Positions 29,067 to 38,191 of a stretch of 64,000 nt of DNA are shown piece after piece (the stretch's first letter is position 1; each line of letters starts with the position of its first letter). The notes under the pieces were generated by a model. The model worked only from the letters and a program-made list of their open reading frames with translations, did no database searches and was not told the origin of the DNA. This DNA comes from an uncultured bacterium (GTDB lineage Bacteria; Krumholzibacteriota; Krumholzibacteriia; LZORAL124-64-63): assembly GCA_963732385.1 (NCBI GenBank), contig CAVSZB010000007.1:448001-512000 (forward strand), read 5' to 3'. The position numbers and the translations under genes were made by a program.

Positions 29067-30200
29067 ACGCCCGGCCGGACTGAGGCCAGCCAGCGGCGAT
29101 TGCGCCAGCCGCGCCGCGAGCAGGCGGGCCTCTTCCCATCCTGGGTGTCGCTGCGCCAAAGCAGTGGCCAGTTGCGACGCCTCCGCCACCCGCCCCGTCA
29201 CTGTCAGCAGGACCACTTCCTGCTGCGCCAGTTGGGGTTGTCCGGGATGCCATTGGCTCGCCCGCAGCAGCATAGCGCCGAGGTCGGCCCAGCGTCCCGC
29301 CGCCGCGAGGGTCCGGGCAAGTTCGACCCATACCTGAGCCCAGGCGGGGCAGCTTTCGGTCAGACCGGCCAGCAACTGCGACGCCTCGTCGAGACGCCCC
29401 TGGCGTCGTCGGGCGTGGCCCAGATAGAGGCGAGCCCGCAGCACATGGGCATCCGCCGGCTCGCGCTCCGCCAACTCCTCCAACAGCGGCAGCGCCTCCA
29501 GGGCCTGCCCCTCCTCCACGAGGCGACAGGCCATTTCGAGCCCGGCGCCGCTGCTGCGCGGCTCTTCGGCGAACTTGGCCCTCACCAGACGGCCGTAGAG
29601 ATCGTCCTTCGCCGCCATCACGGACGCAGGGCGCAGCAGTCCGTAGTGGTGAATCGGAATGTCCAGCGCTTCGCTCGACAGGCCAATCTGTCTCGCTGCA
29701 GGCTCCACGCTCTCGTGGACCCTTCCGCGGTAGCGCAGGTCGGAACGGTTCGGGAACAGCCGGGCATTGACGCAGCCGATCCAGCCGGCCTGCCCCTGCT
29801 CCTGGTCCGGGTACTCCCCCGTCACCGGCTGCCATTCGGCGTGCCGCGCACGATCGGCGTAGCTGCGGAACCCGAACAGAAAACAGCGGTCCCGCGTGGC
29901 GCGGCGCACGTGCGTGCGCAGACGCGTCAGGTCCCGAACGGCGATCCGCTCGTCGGCGTCGAGACAGAGGATCCAGCGACCGCGCGCGGCCGCCAGTCCG
30001 GCATTGCGGGCGGCGGCGAAATCGTCACACCAGGGGAAATCGACGACGCGGGCCCCGTGCGCGAGGGCTCGCTCGCGGGTGTCATCTCGAGATCCGGTGT
30101 CCACGACCACCGCCTCGTCATAGAGCGGACGATGCTGTTCCAGCAGCTCCGCCAGCAGTTGAGCTTCGTCCCGCACGATGATCGTCAAGGAGAGCAGCAC
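29064..30200 (-). CDS. GT2 glycosyltransferase with C-terminal TPRs
   Basis: SLTIIVRDE, VDTGSRD, W.DDFAAARN, LDADE, YRGRVHE, IHHYG. Confidence 0.93.
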   Translation of the reverse strand: MLLSLTIIVRDEAQLLAELLEQHRPLYDEAVVVDTGSRDDTRERALAHGARVVDFPWCDDFAAARNAGLAAARGRWILCLDADERIAVRDLTRLRTHVRRATRDRCFLFGFRSYADRARHAEWQPVTGEYPDQEQGQAGWIGCVNARLFPNRSDLRYRGRVHESVEPAARQIGLSSEALDIPIHHYGLLRPASVMAAKDDLYGRLVRAKFAEEPRSSGAGLEMACRLVEEGQALEALPLLEELAEREPADAHVLRARLYLGHARRRQGRLDEASQLLAGLTESCPAWAQVWVELARTLAAAGRWADLGAMLLRASQWHPGQPQLAQQEVVLLTVTGRVAEASQLATALAQRHPGWEEARLLAARLAQSPLAGLSPAGR

Positions 30201-30218
30201 AGCATCCTCCCGGGATCG

Positions 30219-31190
30219 TCAGACCGAATCGAACCCCCACACCGCAAGCCGCAAGGGACCGGGCTGCGGCAGTCCGGACTCGTCAACCCCGCCCAGCCAG
30301 GCGCAGGCTGTCGAATCCCGCGCGGCGCCGCCGACGAGGGTCGCCAGACGCGGGGCGCTCGTCACGCACCACAGCCCGCTCGTATGGGCCACGACCCGCG
30401 CACCATCGGCAGCCAGGCCGGCCGCCATCTCCTCCGCGCCCTGCGGCGCCAGCAACCAGCGCGCCGCCGCATGGGCGCGCAGATGCGCCACAAGGACCGC
30501 TGCGGCTGACGGCTCGCCCCCCCACTCCAGGATCCAACCGGGAAAGTCCTGGCCCTTGCCGCAGAATGCGTAGGCGGCGGGCGCTGCGCCGGCGAACGGC
30601 TCCAGCACCCAACCGCGCGTACCAGGCATTCCATAGAGGAGGGCATTTTCTCCCGGCTCGCGTCGCGTGCGATACGGATGACGCGCGTGCAGAGCCGCCA
30701 CCGCAGCGCCGTCTCCCTGCCCATAGGGACGCACGACCGCGTCCGGGGGTGCTTCGGGGCCACGCCAACCGTCCAGTTCGACGTGGAATTCCACGCCGGC
30801 CGGAGCGAAGCCGCGTGAGCTGTACAACTCCGGACTGTCGCTCCAGAGCACGGCCAGCGGCACGCCCCTCTCCCCCAGGCGCGCGAGGATTTCCGCCTGC
30901 AGAAGACGACTCAGGCCGCGTCCCCGCGACGAGACGGCGGTCACTACGCTGCCGATGGACGCCACTGGCAGTTCGCCCGCGGAGGTCACGCAGGGACGGA
31001 CAAGACAGGCGAGGGCAGCGAGGAATTCGTCGTTCTCCTCCACCACAAGCTGCCAGTCGCGATTCATCTCACCCAGCGCCAGCGGGAAATCGTCGGCTGG
31101 CCCGGTGGGCGAACCGGGACGCCGCAAACCCGACTCCACCAGAGCCAGCAGCCTGCTCCGTTCCCCCGAGCGGACGGTCCGGATGATCAT
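30219..31190 (-). CDS. GNAT family N-acetyltransferase
   Basis: IGSVVT..SRGRGLSR.L acetyl-CoA motif; LYSSRGF. Confidence 0.85.
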   Translation of the reverse strand: MIIRTVRSGERSRLLALVESGLRRPGSPTGPADDFPLALGEMNRDWQLVVEENDEFLAALACLVRPCVTSAGELPVASIGSVVTAVSSRGRGLSRLLQAEILARLGERGVPLAVLWSDSPELYSSRGFAPAGVEFHVELDGWRGPEAPPDAVVRPYGQGDGAAVAALHARHPYRTRREPGENALLYGMPGTRGWVLEPFAGAAPAAYAFCGKGQDFPGWILEWGGEPSAAAVLVAHLRAHAAARWLLAPQGAEEMAAGLAADGARVVAHTSGLWCVTSAPRLATLVGGAARDSTACAWLGGVDESGLPQPGPLRLAVWGFDSV

Positions 31191-31261
31191 GGATATTCCC
31201 CGCCGCGAATTGCCCGGCGCAGGAGGCAGAATGCACTCCTCGTACGTGATTTCATATCAAG

Positions 31262-31277
31262 GGGCATGCCAATTGCA
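31262..31277 (+). promoter_or_regulatory. Sigma54 promoter of flagellin 1
   Basis: GGGCATGCCAATTGCA (GG-N10-GC). Confidence 0.65.
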
Positions 31278-31482
31278 ATATGCCCCCGCCATAGAGGCCG
31301 TCGGACCTTGCCCGTTGCCCGGTCGGCCGACGCAGACAAATTTTCGAAGCGCTGAAAATGCAACGGGATGGAGCACGCACCGGTCGACGCGGCCAGCGCC
31401 GGCAGGGCGGAAAAAATGGACCACGGGCCAGGAAGGCCCGGGCAGAAATGGCCGAAGGATCGAGTGAAGGGGGCAAGGAACG

Positions 31483-32313
31483 ATGGGACTCCGCGTAAAC
31501 ACGAACGTAGCGTCGATCAACGCGCAGCGCAGTCTGATGGTGAACACCACGCTGCTGGGCAAGTCGCTGGAAAAGCTCAGTTCCGGACTGCGGATCAACC
31601 GCGCCGGGGATGATGCCGCCGGTCTGGCGATCTCCGAGAGCCTGAAGTCGGACATCCGCGCGCTGCAGCAGGCGTCGCGCAATGCGGCCGACGGCATCTC
31701 CATGATCCAGACCGCCGAAGGCGGACTCGAGGAGGTCAGCGGCATCCTGATCCGCATGCGGGAACTGGCGGAACAGGCGGCCACCGGCACGCTCGGCGAG
31801 GACGAGCGGACCTACCTCGATTCGGAATTCCAGCAGTTGATTCTCGAGGTGAGCCGGATCGCCGACTCGACCGAGTTCAACGGCACGAAGCTGCTCGACG
31901 GATCAATCGCCCAACTCGACATCCAGGTGGGCATTGGTACCCAGTCTGACTCGCAGGTAACACTGATGCTCGGGGCCGGCATGCGGGCCGACGACCTGAA
32001 CCTCGACACCATCAACGTCCTGGACGCGGATGCCGCCCTCGCGTCGATCACCGCAGTGAGCAACGCCACGGGCCTGGTCAGCGCCCAGCGCGCTGACTTC
32101 GGCTCGGCCCAGAACCGCCTCGAGTCAACGATCCGCAATATCGCGATGTCGGTGGAGAACCTCTCCGCCGCCAACAGCCGCATCCGCGATGTGGACATCG
32201 CCGTCGAGACTTCGGCGATGACCGCCATGCAGATCCTGCAGCAGGCAGGCGTGGCCGTGCTGGCCCAGGCCAACGCCACGCCGCAGCTGGCCCTGCAACT
32301 GCTGCGGGGCTAG
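31483..32313 (+). CDS. fliC: Flagellin 1 (276 aa)
   Basis: LRVNTN, LSSGLRINRAGDDAAGLAIS, QNRLES, SRIRDVD, QQAG..LAQAN. Confidence 0.97.
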   Translation: MGLRVNTNVASINAQRSLMVNTTLLGKSLEKLSSGLRINRAGDDAAGLAISESLKSDIRALQQASRNAADGISMIQTAEGGLEEVSGILIRMRELAEQAATGTLGEDERTYLDSEFQQLILEVSRIADSTEFNGTKLLDGSIAQLDIQVGIGTQSDSQVTLMLGAGMRADDLNLDTINVLDADAALASITAVSNATGLVSAQRADFGSAQNRLESTIRNIAMSVENLSAANSRIRDVDIAVETSAMTAMQILQQAGVAVLAQANATPQLALQLLRG

Positions 32314-32394
32314 TTAACGCCGCAGGCGGCCCCTGCCCCGGGCCGCGTCCGATCCGACCCTGGCGCACGGATGCGCCCTTCGCGGAGTCCGGTG

Positions 32395-32420
32395 GCGGAC
32401 GGTTCACCCGAACCGTCCGC
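32395..32420 (+). terminator. Hairpin after flagellin 1
   Basis: GCGGACGGTTC-accc-GAACCGTCCGC; no strong U-tract. Confidence 0.55.
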
Positions 32421-32461
32421 TATCCCGCCCGCTCTCCTCCGACAATCCTGCATGATCACCC

Positions 32462-32489
32462 TCAAGCCGGGCACTGATCCGGTCGATAT
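32462..32489 (+). promoter_or_regulatory. Sigma28 promoter of flagellin 2
   Basis: TCAAG-N15-GTCGATAT. Confidence 0.7.
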
Positions 32490-32553
32490 CGTTCCGGTGA
32501 CCAGTTGCCGGTCCCGCGGGCAGCGTGGCCCGGCGGAGCGCCAACGGCAGGGT

Positions 32554-32573
32554 GGCGGCCATGGATGGCCGCC
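32554..32573 (+). promoter_or_regulatory. CsrA-binding hairpin in the flagellin 2 leader
   Basis: GGCGGCCA-TGGA-TGGCCGCC, CANGGAUG in the loop, just 5' of the SD. Confidence 0.8.
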
Positions 32574-32596
32574 CGTCAATTCAAGGAGGAAGAATC

Positions 32597-33433
32597 ATGG
32601 GTCTTCGCGTAAACACCAACGTCGGTTCCATCAACGCTCAGCGTTCGCTGTTCAACACCACCAACATGCTGTCCAAGTCGATGGAGAAGCTCAGCTCCGG
32701 TCTGCGCATCAACCGCGCCGGCGACGACGCCGCCGGTCTGGCCATCTCCGAAGGCTTGAAGAGCGACATCCGCGCCCTGCAGCAGGCCTCGCGTAACGCG
32801 GCCGACGGCATCTCGATGATCCAGACCGCGGAAGGCGGCCTCGAGGAGGTCAGCGGCATCCTGATCCGTCTGCGTGAGCTGGCGGAACAGTCTGCCAACG
32901 AGACCCTCGGCACCGCCGAGCGTGGCTACCTGGACACCGAGTTCACGGCGCTGGTGAACGAAATCACGCGGGTCGCCGAATCGACCGAGTTCAACGGCAC
33001 CAAGCTGCTCGATGGCACCAATGCCTCGCTGGACATCCAGGTCGGCATCGGCACCTCCTCCGCCTCCCAGGTGGCCATCAGCCTCGGCACCACCATGACG
33101 GCCACCGGGCTGTCGCTGAACGCGACCGTGATCTCCGGCGCCGACAACACCAACGCTCTGGCCGCGATCACGGCGCTCGACAGTGCCACGGCGCTGGTCA
33201 GCGCGCGACGCGCCAACTTCGGCGCCGCCCAGAACCGTCTGGAGTCGACGATCCGGAACATCGGCATGACGGTGGAGAACCTCTCGGCCGCCAACAGCCG
33301 TATCCGTGACGTCGACATCGCTTGGGAGACGTCGCAGATGACCTCGTTCCAGATTCTGCAGCAGGCCGGCGTTTCGGTGCTGGCCCAGGCCAACTCCACG
33401 CCACAGATGGCATTGATGCTACTGCAGCGGTAG
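32597..33433 (+). CDS. fliC: Flagellin 2 (278 aa)
   Basis: Flagellin N- and C-terminal motifs; SD AAGGAGG. Confidence 0.97.
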   Translation: MGLRVNTNVGSINAQRSLFNTTNMLSKSMEKLSSGLRINRAGDDAAGLAISEGLKSDIRALQQASRNAADGISMIQTAEGGLEEVSGILIRLRELAEQSANETLGTAERGYLDTEFTALVNEITRVAESTEFNGTKLLDGTNASLDIQVGIGTSSASQVAISLGTTMTATGLSLNATVISGADNTNALAAITALDSATALVSARRANFGAAQNRLESTIRNIGMTVENLSAANSRIRDVDIAWETSQMTSFQILQQAGVSVLAQANSTPQMALMLLQR

Positions 33434-33456
33434 CTGACCGGACAGCCTGCATGAGC

Positions 33457-33486
33457 GAACGGCGGATCCACGGGGATCCGCCGTTC
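33457..33486 (+). terminator. Hairpin after flagellin 2
   Basis: GAACGGCGGATCC-acgg-GGATCCGCCGTTC. Confidence 0.65.
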
Positions 33487-33538
33487 TCGTGCTACCCCCG
33501 CAGTTGATCATAAGATACGAAATATTGCCAAATTGTGC

Positions 33539-33566
33539 TCAAGTCGGCCGCAGCATATGCCGATAT
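33539..33566 (+). promoter_or_regulatory. Sigma28 promoter of flagellin 3/flaG/fliD
   Basis: TCAAG-N15-GCCGATAT. Confidence 0.8.
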
Positions 33567-33682
33567 CTCTGCGAGCCTCATAAACCAGAGCTACACCCCG
33601 GAGAAACGCAGCACCCGGAGAAGGAGGAATATCGCAGTCCGGGAGGCATATCCTCCCGAGGATTCGAAACCATCGCAGCCTT

Positions 33683-33704
33683 GGTCGGGCAGGGATGTCC
33701 GACC
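33683..33704 (+). promoter_or_regulatory. CsrA-binding hairpin in the flagellin 3 leader
   Basis: GGTCGGGCA-GGGA-TGTCCGACC, CAGGGAUG in the loop. Confidence 0.8.
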
Positions 33705-33727
33705 CCAATCTTCAAGGAGGAAGAATC

Positions 33728-34564
33728 ATGGGTCTTCGCGTAAACACCAACGTCGGTTCCATCAACGCTCAGCGTTCGCTGTTCAACACCACCAACATGC
33801 TGTCCAAGTCGATGGAGAAGCTCAGCTCCGGTCTGCGCATCAACCGCGCCGGCGACGACGCCGCCGGTCTGGCCATCTCCGAAGGCTTGAAGAGCGACAT
33901 CCGCGCCCTGCAGCAGGCCTCGCGTAACGCGGCCGACGGCATCTCGATGATCCAGACCGCGGAAGGCGGCCTCGAGGAGGTCAGCGGCATCCTGATCCGT
34001 CTGCGTGAGCTGGCGGAACAGTCTGCCAACGAGACCCTCGGCACCGCCGAGCGTGGCTACCTGGACACCGAGTTCACGGCGCTGGTGAACGAAATCACGC
34101 GGGTCGCCGAATCGACCGAGTTCAACGGCACCAAGCTGCTCGATGGCACCAATGCCTCGCTGGACATCCAGGTCGGCATCGGCACCTCCTCCGCCTCCCA
34201 GGTGGCCATCAGCCTCGGCACCACCATGACGGCCACCGGGCTGTCGCTGAACGCGACCACGATCGCCGGCGCCGACAACACCACCGCTCTGGCCGCGATC
34301 ACGGCGCTCGACAGTGCCACGGCGCTGGTCAGCGCGCGACGCGCCAACTTCGGCGCCGCCCAGAACCGTCTGGAGTCGACGATCCGGAACATCGGCATGA
34401 CGGTGGAGAACCTCTCGGCCGCCAACAGCCGTATCCGTGACGTCGACATCGCTTGGGAGACGTCGCAGATGACCTCGTTCCAGATTCTGCAGCAGGCCGG
34501 CGTTTCGGTGCTGGCCCAGGCCAACTCCACGCCACAGATGGCATTGATGCTACTGCAGAGGTAG
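33728..34564 (+). CDS. fliC: Flagellin 3 (278 aa, near-identical to flagellin 2)
   Basis: Flagellin motifs; 837 bp with 5 nt differences from copy 2 by eye. Confidence 0.97.
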   Translation: MGLRVNTNVGSINAQRSLFNTTNMLSKSMEKLSSGLRINRAGDDAAGLAISEGLKSDIRALQQASRNAADGISMIQTAEGGLEEVSGILIRLRELAEQSANETLGTAERGYLDTEFTALVNEITRVAESTEFNGTKLLDGTNASLDIQVGIGTSSASQVAISLGTTMTATGLSLNATTIAGADNTTALAAITALDSATALVSARRANFGAAQNRLESTIRNIGMTVENLSAANSRIRDVDIAWETSQMTSFQILQQAGVSVLAQANSTPQMALMLLQR

Positions 34565-34573
34565 CGAATCCCG

Positions 34574-34603
34574 GGGGCGGCGGGTCGCGGGACCCGCCGC
34601 CCC
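34574..34603 (+). terminator. GC-rich hairpin between flagellin 3 and flaG
   Basis: GGGGCGGCGGGTC-gcgg-GACCCGCCGCCCC; no U-tract (leaky terminator or mRNA stabiliser). Confidence 0.6.
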
Positions 34604-34619
34604 GAAATGAGGTGGGATC

Positions 34620-34979
34620 ATGATCGACGTGAGCGCGATTCAGGGTCCGGGCTGGCAGCCGGTTTCGCCAGTTGCCTCTCCGGTACAGCGAACAGCGTCA
34701 CACTCTCCGCAGGCCGAGCCTACCACCCCTCCTGTACCCCCGACGCCCGAGGCGGAACAGTTGCGGGCCGAGGTGGAGAACGAATTGCAGCGGCGCATGT
34801 CCGGCTATGAAGTGAATCTCAGCTACCAGGACGATGCCTCCTCCTGGGTCATCCAGATTCGCGATCCTGATTCCGGCGATGTGGTGTTCCAGATTCCTCC
34901 GGAACAGATGGTCAGGCTGCGCGATCGCCTGCAGGAAGTGCTCAAGGAGACCGGATTGCTGGTCGACAACACCACATAG
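34620..34979 (+). CDS. flaG: Flagellar protein FlaG
   Basis: IQIRDPDSGDVVFQIPPE...GLLVD; between flagellin and fliD. Confidence 0.9.
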   Translation: MIDVSAIQGPGWQPVSPVASPVQRTASHSPQAEPTTPPVPPTPEAEQLRAEVENELQRRMSGYEVNLSYQDDASSWVIQIRDPDSGDVVFQIPPEQMVRLRDRLQEVLKETGLLVDNTT

Positions 34980-35039
34980 GGGGCAAGCCGGCCCCAGGCG
35001 GAAGTGGCGGGGACGGAGCCCGAATCACGGGAGTGAACC

Positions 35040-36374
35040 ATGAGTTCGATCTCGTTTGGCGGCCTGGCTACCGGCCTGGACACCGGTTCGATCGTCACCC
35101 AGCTGATTGCCCTGCGGCGCCAGCCGATCGTGAAGCTGGAGGGGCAAAAGAAATTATACGAGCAGCAGAAGGCAGCGTTCAAGGATCTCCAGACCAAGCT
35201 CACCGCGCTCATGACCGCCGCCGACGCACTCGACACGGCGCAGAGCTTCGGCTCCCTCAAGGCCGCGTCCTCCCTCGTGAACCTGCTCACCGCTACCGCC
35301 GCGAGTGAAGCGCAGGAGGGCACCTACGCGATCACCGTCGAGAGCCTGGCCCGGGCGCAGAAGGATCTCTCGCAGGCCTACAGCAGCCAGGTGGCCGAGG
35401 TCGGAACCGGCAGCTTCACCATTACGGTCGGCGGCGAAGTGACCACGATCACTCTGGCCGAGGGCGACAGCAGCCTGACCAGTCTCAAGAACGCCATCAA
35501 CGATTCCGGCGCCGATGTCCGCGCCACGATCATCAACGACGGCAGCGCCCTCAACCCGTACCGGCTGGTGCTGACGGCCGCCGAAACCGGCACCGACGCC
35601 GCCTTCAGCGTCGATTTCAGCGGCCTCAGCGGCGGCGCCGCGCCGACGCTCTCAAGCATCTCCACGGCGGCCAACGCCGCCCTGACCATCGACAGCCTGG
35701 CGATTACCTCCCAGAGCAACCTGGTCAGCAATGCTATCGAAGGGGTGACCCTCAACCTGCTCAAGCAGGAACCAGGCACCGAAATCACGGTCACCGTGAA
35801 CGTCGACAAGGATGCGATCGCGGCCAAGCTGCAGACGCTGGTCGATGCCTACAACGGACTGATGACCTACGTCCAAGCGCAGCAGCAGAAGGGCGCCACC
35901 CTGCAGGGAAGCAATGTCCTGAGCACCGTGAAGAACCGTATAAGTTCCGTGGCGATCTATGCCCACGCCGGCACCGGCGCGTACAAGCTGCTGGCCCAGG
36001 TCGGGCTCACCCAGGAGGAGGGCGGGCAGCTCGCCTTCGACCGTACGAAATTCGACAGCGCCCTGGCTGCCGACTACGGTGCGGTGCGCGACCTCTTCGT
36101 CGAACGGGGCACGAATCTCGGCAAGGCCTACCAGTTCCGCACGGCCATCGAAGGCCTGACCGATTCCAAGACCGGCACGTTCAAGATCACGGAAGATTCT
36201 CTCACCGATCGCATGAAGGCGATCGACGACCGCATCACCCGGTACGAAACGAGTGTCGAGAGCTACCGGCTGATGATCGAGCGGCAGTTCACCGCGATGG
36301 AACTGGCCGTATCGAGGCTTCAGGCCCAGGGAAGTTACCTGACCAGTATCTTCTCCAGCCTGACCAGCAGCTAA
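35040..36374 (+). CDS. fliD: Filament cap FliD
   Basis: GLATGLDT.SIV.QL, SNLV..AIEGVTLNL, RQFTAME. Confidence 0.95.
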   Translation: MSSISFGGLATGLDTGSIVTQLIALRRQPIVKLEGQKKLYEQQKAAFKDLQTKLTALMTAADALDTAQSFGSLKAASSLVNLLTATAASEAQEGTYAITVESLARAQKDLSQAYSSQVAEVGTGSFTITVGGEVTTITLAEGDSSLTSLKNAINDSGADVRATIINDGSALNPYRLVLTAAETGTDAAFSVDFSGLSGGAAPTLSSISTAANAALTIDSLAITSQSNLVSNAIEGVTLNLLKQEPGTEITVTVNVDKDAIAAKLQTLVDAYNGLMTYVQAQQQKGATLQGSNVLSTVKNRISSVAIYAHAGTGAYKLLAQVGLTQEEGGQLAFDRTKFDSALAADYGAVRDLFVERGTNLGKAYQFRTAIEGLTDSKTGTFKITEDSLTDRMKAIDDRITRYETSVESYRLMIERQFTAMELAVSRLQAQGSYLTSIFSSLTSS

Positions 36375-36402
36375 CAGTCACAAACCGGAAAACGAGGGGA
36401 AC

Positions 36403-36948
36403 ATGCCGGACGCAACGGGCATCCGCTGCTACCAGGAGACCGAGGTTCAGACGATCGGTCCGGAGAAGCTGATCGTGCTGCTGTACGAGGGGCTGGTCCG
36501 CTATCTGAACCAGTCTCGGGCCGCCCTGGTGTCACGGGACATGGCCGCCAAGGCGCGCCAGATCAATAATGCGCAGGCGATCGTGCTTGAACTGCGCAAC
36601 GCGCTGGATCATGAAGCCGGAGGCTCCATCGCCGGCAACCTGGCGGCGCTCTACAACTACATCTTCACCGAGAACATCAATGCGTTGATCGACAATGATC
36701 CACGGCATATCGACAACAACCTGCGGGTGCTGCAGCCGCTGCTCGACGCCTGGTCGCGCATTCCCGCCGGCACGGCCGATCGCGCGCGTTGTGAGCGGGC
36801 TTCGGCATCGCCACCGGCACCGCCATCTGGCCCCATTCCTGCAACGGTGGCCCCGCCGCCGGTCTCTCCGGGCATCTACGGACGTCCGGCAGCGGCTTGT
36901 GCTCCCGCTCCGGCGAACGTCCCCTCCAGTCTTTGCGTCACTGTGTGA
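36403..36948 (+). CDS. fliS: Flagellin chaperone FliS (Pro-rich tail)
   Basis: PEKLIVLLYEG, ELRNALD..GG.IA.NL..LY.Y, L.DAW. Confidence 0.95.
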   Translation: MPDATGIRCYQETEVQTIGPEKLIVLLYEGLVRYLNQSRAALVSRDMAAKARQINNAQAIVLELRNALDHEAGGSIAGNLAALYNYIFTENINALIDNDPRHIDNNLRVLQPLLDAWSRIPAGTADRARCERASASPPAPPSGPIPATVAPPPVSPGIYGRPAAACAPAPANVPSSLCVTV

Positions 36949-36962
36949 GGTGTTGACCGAAC

Positions 36963-37286
36963 ATGCCCTGGCAGACGGAAGTTGAAGCCGTGCTTGCTCT
37001 CACGCGCGCCGCGCGCGTAGCGCTGGGGCGTGGGGATGTCGAGACTCTGGGTGCGCTGCTGGAAGAGCGGGGGGTCCGGGTGCATCGACTGGGCGCGGCG
37101 GCCGGCCAGGCCCCGATTGAGCCGGAACTGGTCGCGGCTGTGGAGCGGATCAAGACCGAGGAATCCGCGTTGGCGGCGGCCCTGCACGCCGGTCTGGTCC
37201 AAACGGGCCAGGCGCTCGGGCGGTTGGCGCTCAATCCTCCGGAAACCTCCACCGGCACGACAGCGACCTGCGACTTGCGGGCCTGA
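36963..37286 (+). CDS. Probable FliT-like chaperone
   Basis: Short helical protein after fliS; D.ETL..LLEER pattern. Confidence 0.5.
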   Translation: MPWQTEVEAVLALTRAARVALGRGDVETLGALLEERGVRVHRLGAAAGQAPIEPELVAAVERIKTEESALAAALHAGLVQTGQALGRLALNPPETSTGTTATCDLRA

Positions 37287-37330
37287 CCCTCCCACGGACA
37301 ATCCGAAATCCCCTGAAAACGGAGTGTGAC

Positions 37331-37585
37331 CTACTTGACGTTGCCCCCGCCGGGGGGACGCGTACGAACCTTGCGTTTGAGCGCTTCGAGGTCGGGAGAG
37401 GGGGAATCTGCGGCCCGCAGGGAAATGTTCTTGATCTCCTCGTAGATTTCGAAGCGATGCACCGGGATGGAACGCGGCGCGTCGATGCCGATCTGGACCT
37501 GGTCACCGCGAATATCGACGATCATGATCGAAACATCGTCTCCGATCATGATTTTCTCGTTCCGCTTACGGCTGAGAATAAGCAC
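37331..37585 (-). CDS. csrA: Carbon storage regulator CsrA
   Basis: MLILSRK..E.IMIGDD...IGIDAP..IPVHR.EIY. Confidence 0.97.
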   Translation of the reverse strand: MLILSRKRNEKIMIGDDVSIMIVDIRGDQVQIGIDAPRSIPVHRFEIYEEIKNISLRAADSPSPDLEALKRKVRTRPPGGGNVK

Positions 37586-37635
37586 GTGACCTCCATGTCC
37601 ATCAGTCGGGCCGCGTCAGCGCAGCCGACATCATA

Positions 37636-38163
37636 TCACAGGGCGATTTCCTGTCTCTCCCCTTCCGGGGTCACGGAGATCAGCTCGACCGCCGGATCAG
37701 CCGCCACCGCAGCGCCGGCCTGGGCCGCCAAACCAAAGCGGACATAATCCATCTCCTGTTGCAGGGGCCACCGCTGGTCGTCCAGCACCACTTGAGCGCC
37801 CCGGCGGGTGGCCGGCTGCACAACCAAGGGGGCCGCCAGATTGCCGGTCAAACGCTCCCCGCCGGGATACACCGTGGTGATGATCAGGGTCACCATTTCC
37901 GCAACGCTCCCCCCCATCCCCCGGAGGGTCTCTTCCGGCAGGCGGGGAGCATAATCCTGATCATAAAAGTCCGGTGTTGTGACCGGCAGTCCGAAATTCC
38001 CGTCGTTGACCGACTGCAGCCATTTTAGCGGCAGGCCGTCGCCCATGTCGAGCAGGATCCACTGCCTGAGGTGGGGCAGCCCCACCAGCCCTCCCGGCAG
38101 GGTGATGAGGTCACGATCGGCGTAGCTCAACTCGCCGAATCTAGCGGTCTTGAAGCTGTGCAT
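37636..38163 (-). CDS. fliW: Flagellar assembly factor FliW
   Basis: T.RFGE, GLVG, WLQS, T.NLAAPLVV; adjacent to csrA. Confidence 0.93.
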   Translation of the reverse strand: MHSFKTARFGELSYADRDLITLPGGLVGLPHLRQWILLDMGDGLPLKWLQSVNDGNFGLPVTTPDFYDQDYAPRLPEETLRGMGGSVAEMVTLIITTVYPGGERLTGNLAAPLVVQPATRRGAQVVLDDQRWPLQQEMDYVRFGLAAQAGAAVAADPAVELISVTPEGERQEIAL

Positions 38164-38191
38164 GATCCGACTCCCTTTTCGGCCTGGGTCG

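Noticed and set aside
339..30509. Many long plus-strand ORFs (e.g. 339-1841, 13274-16045, 25973-28879)
   Set aside because: Antisense shadows of recognisable minus-strand genes, expected in high-GC DNA; no family motifs
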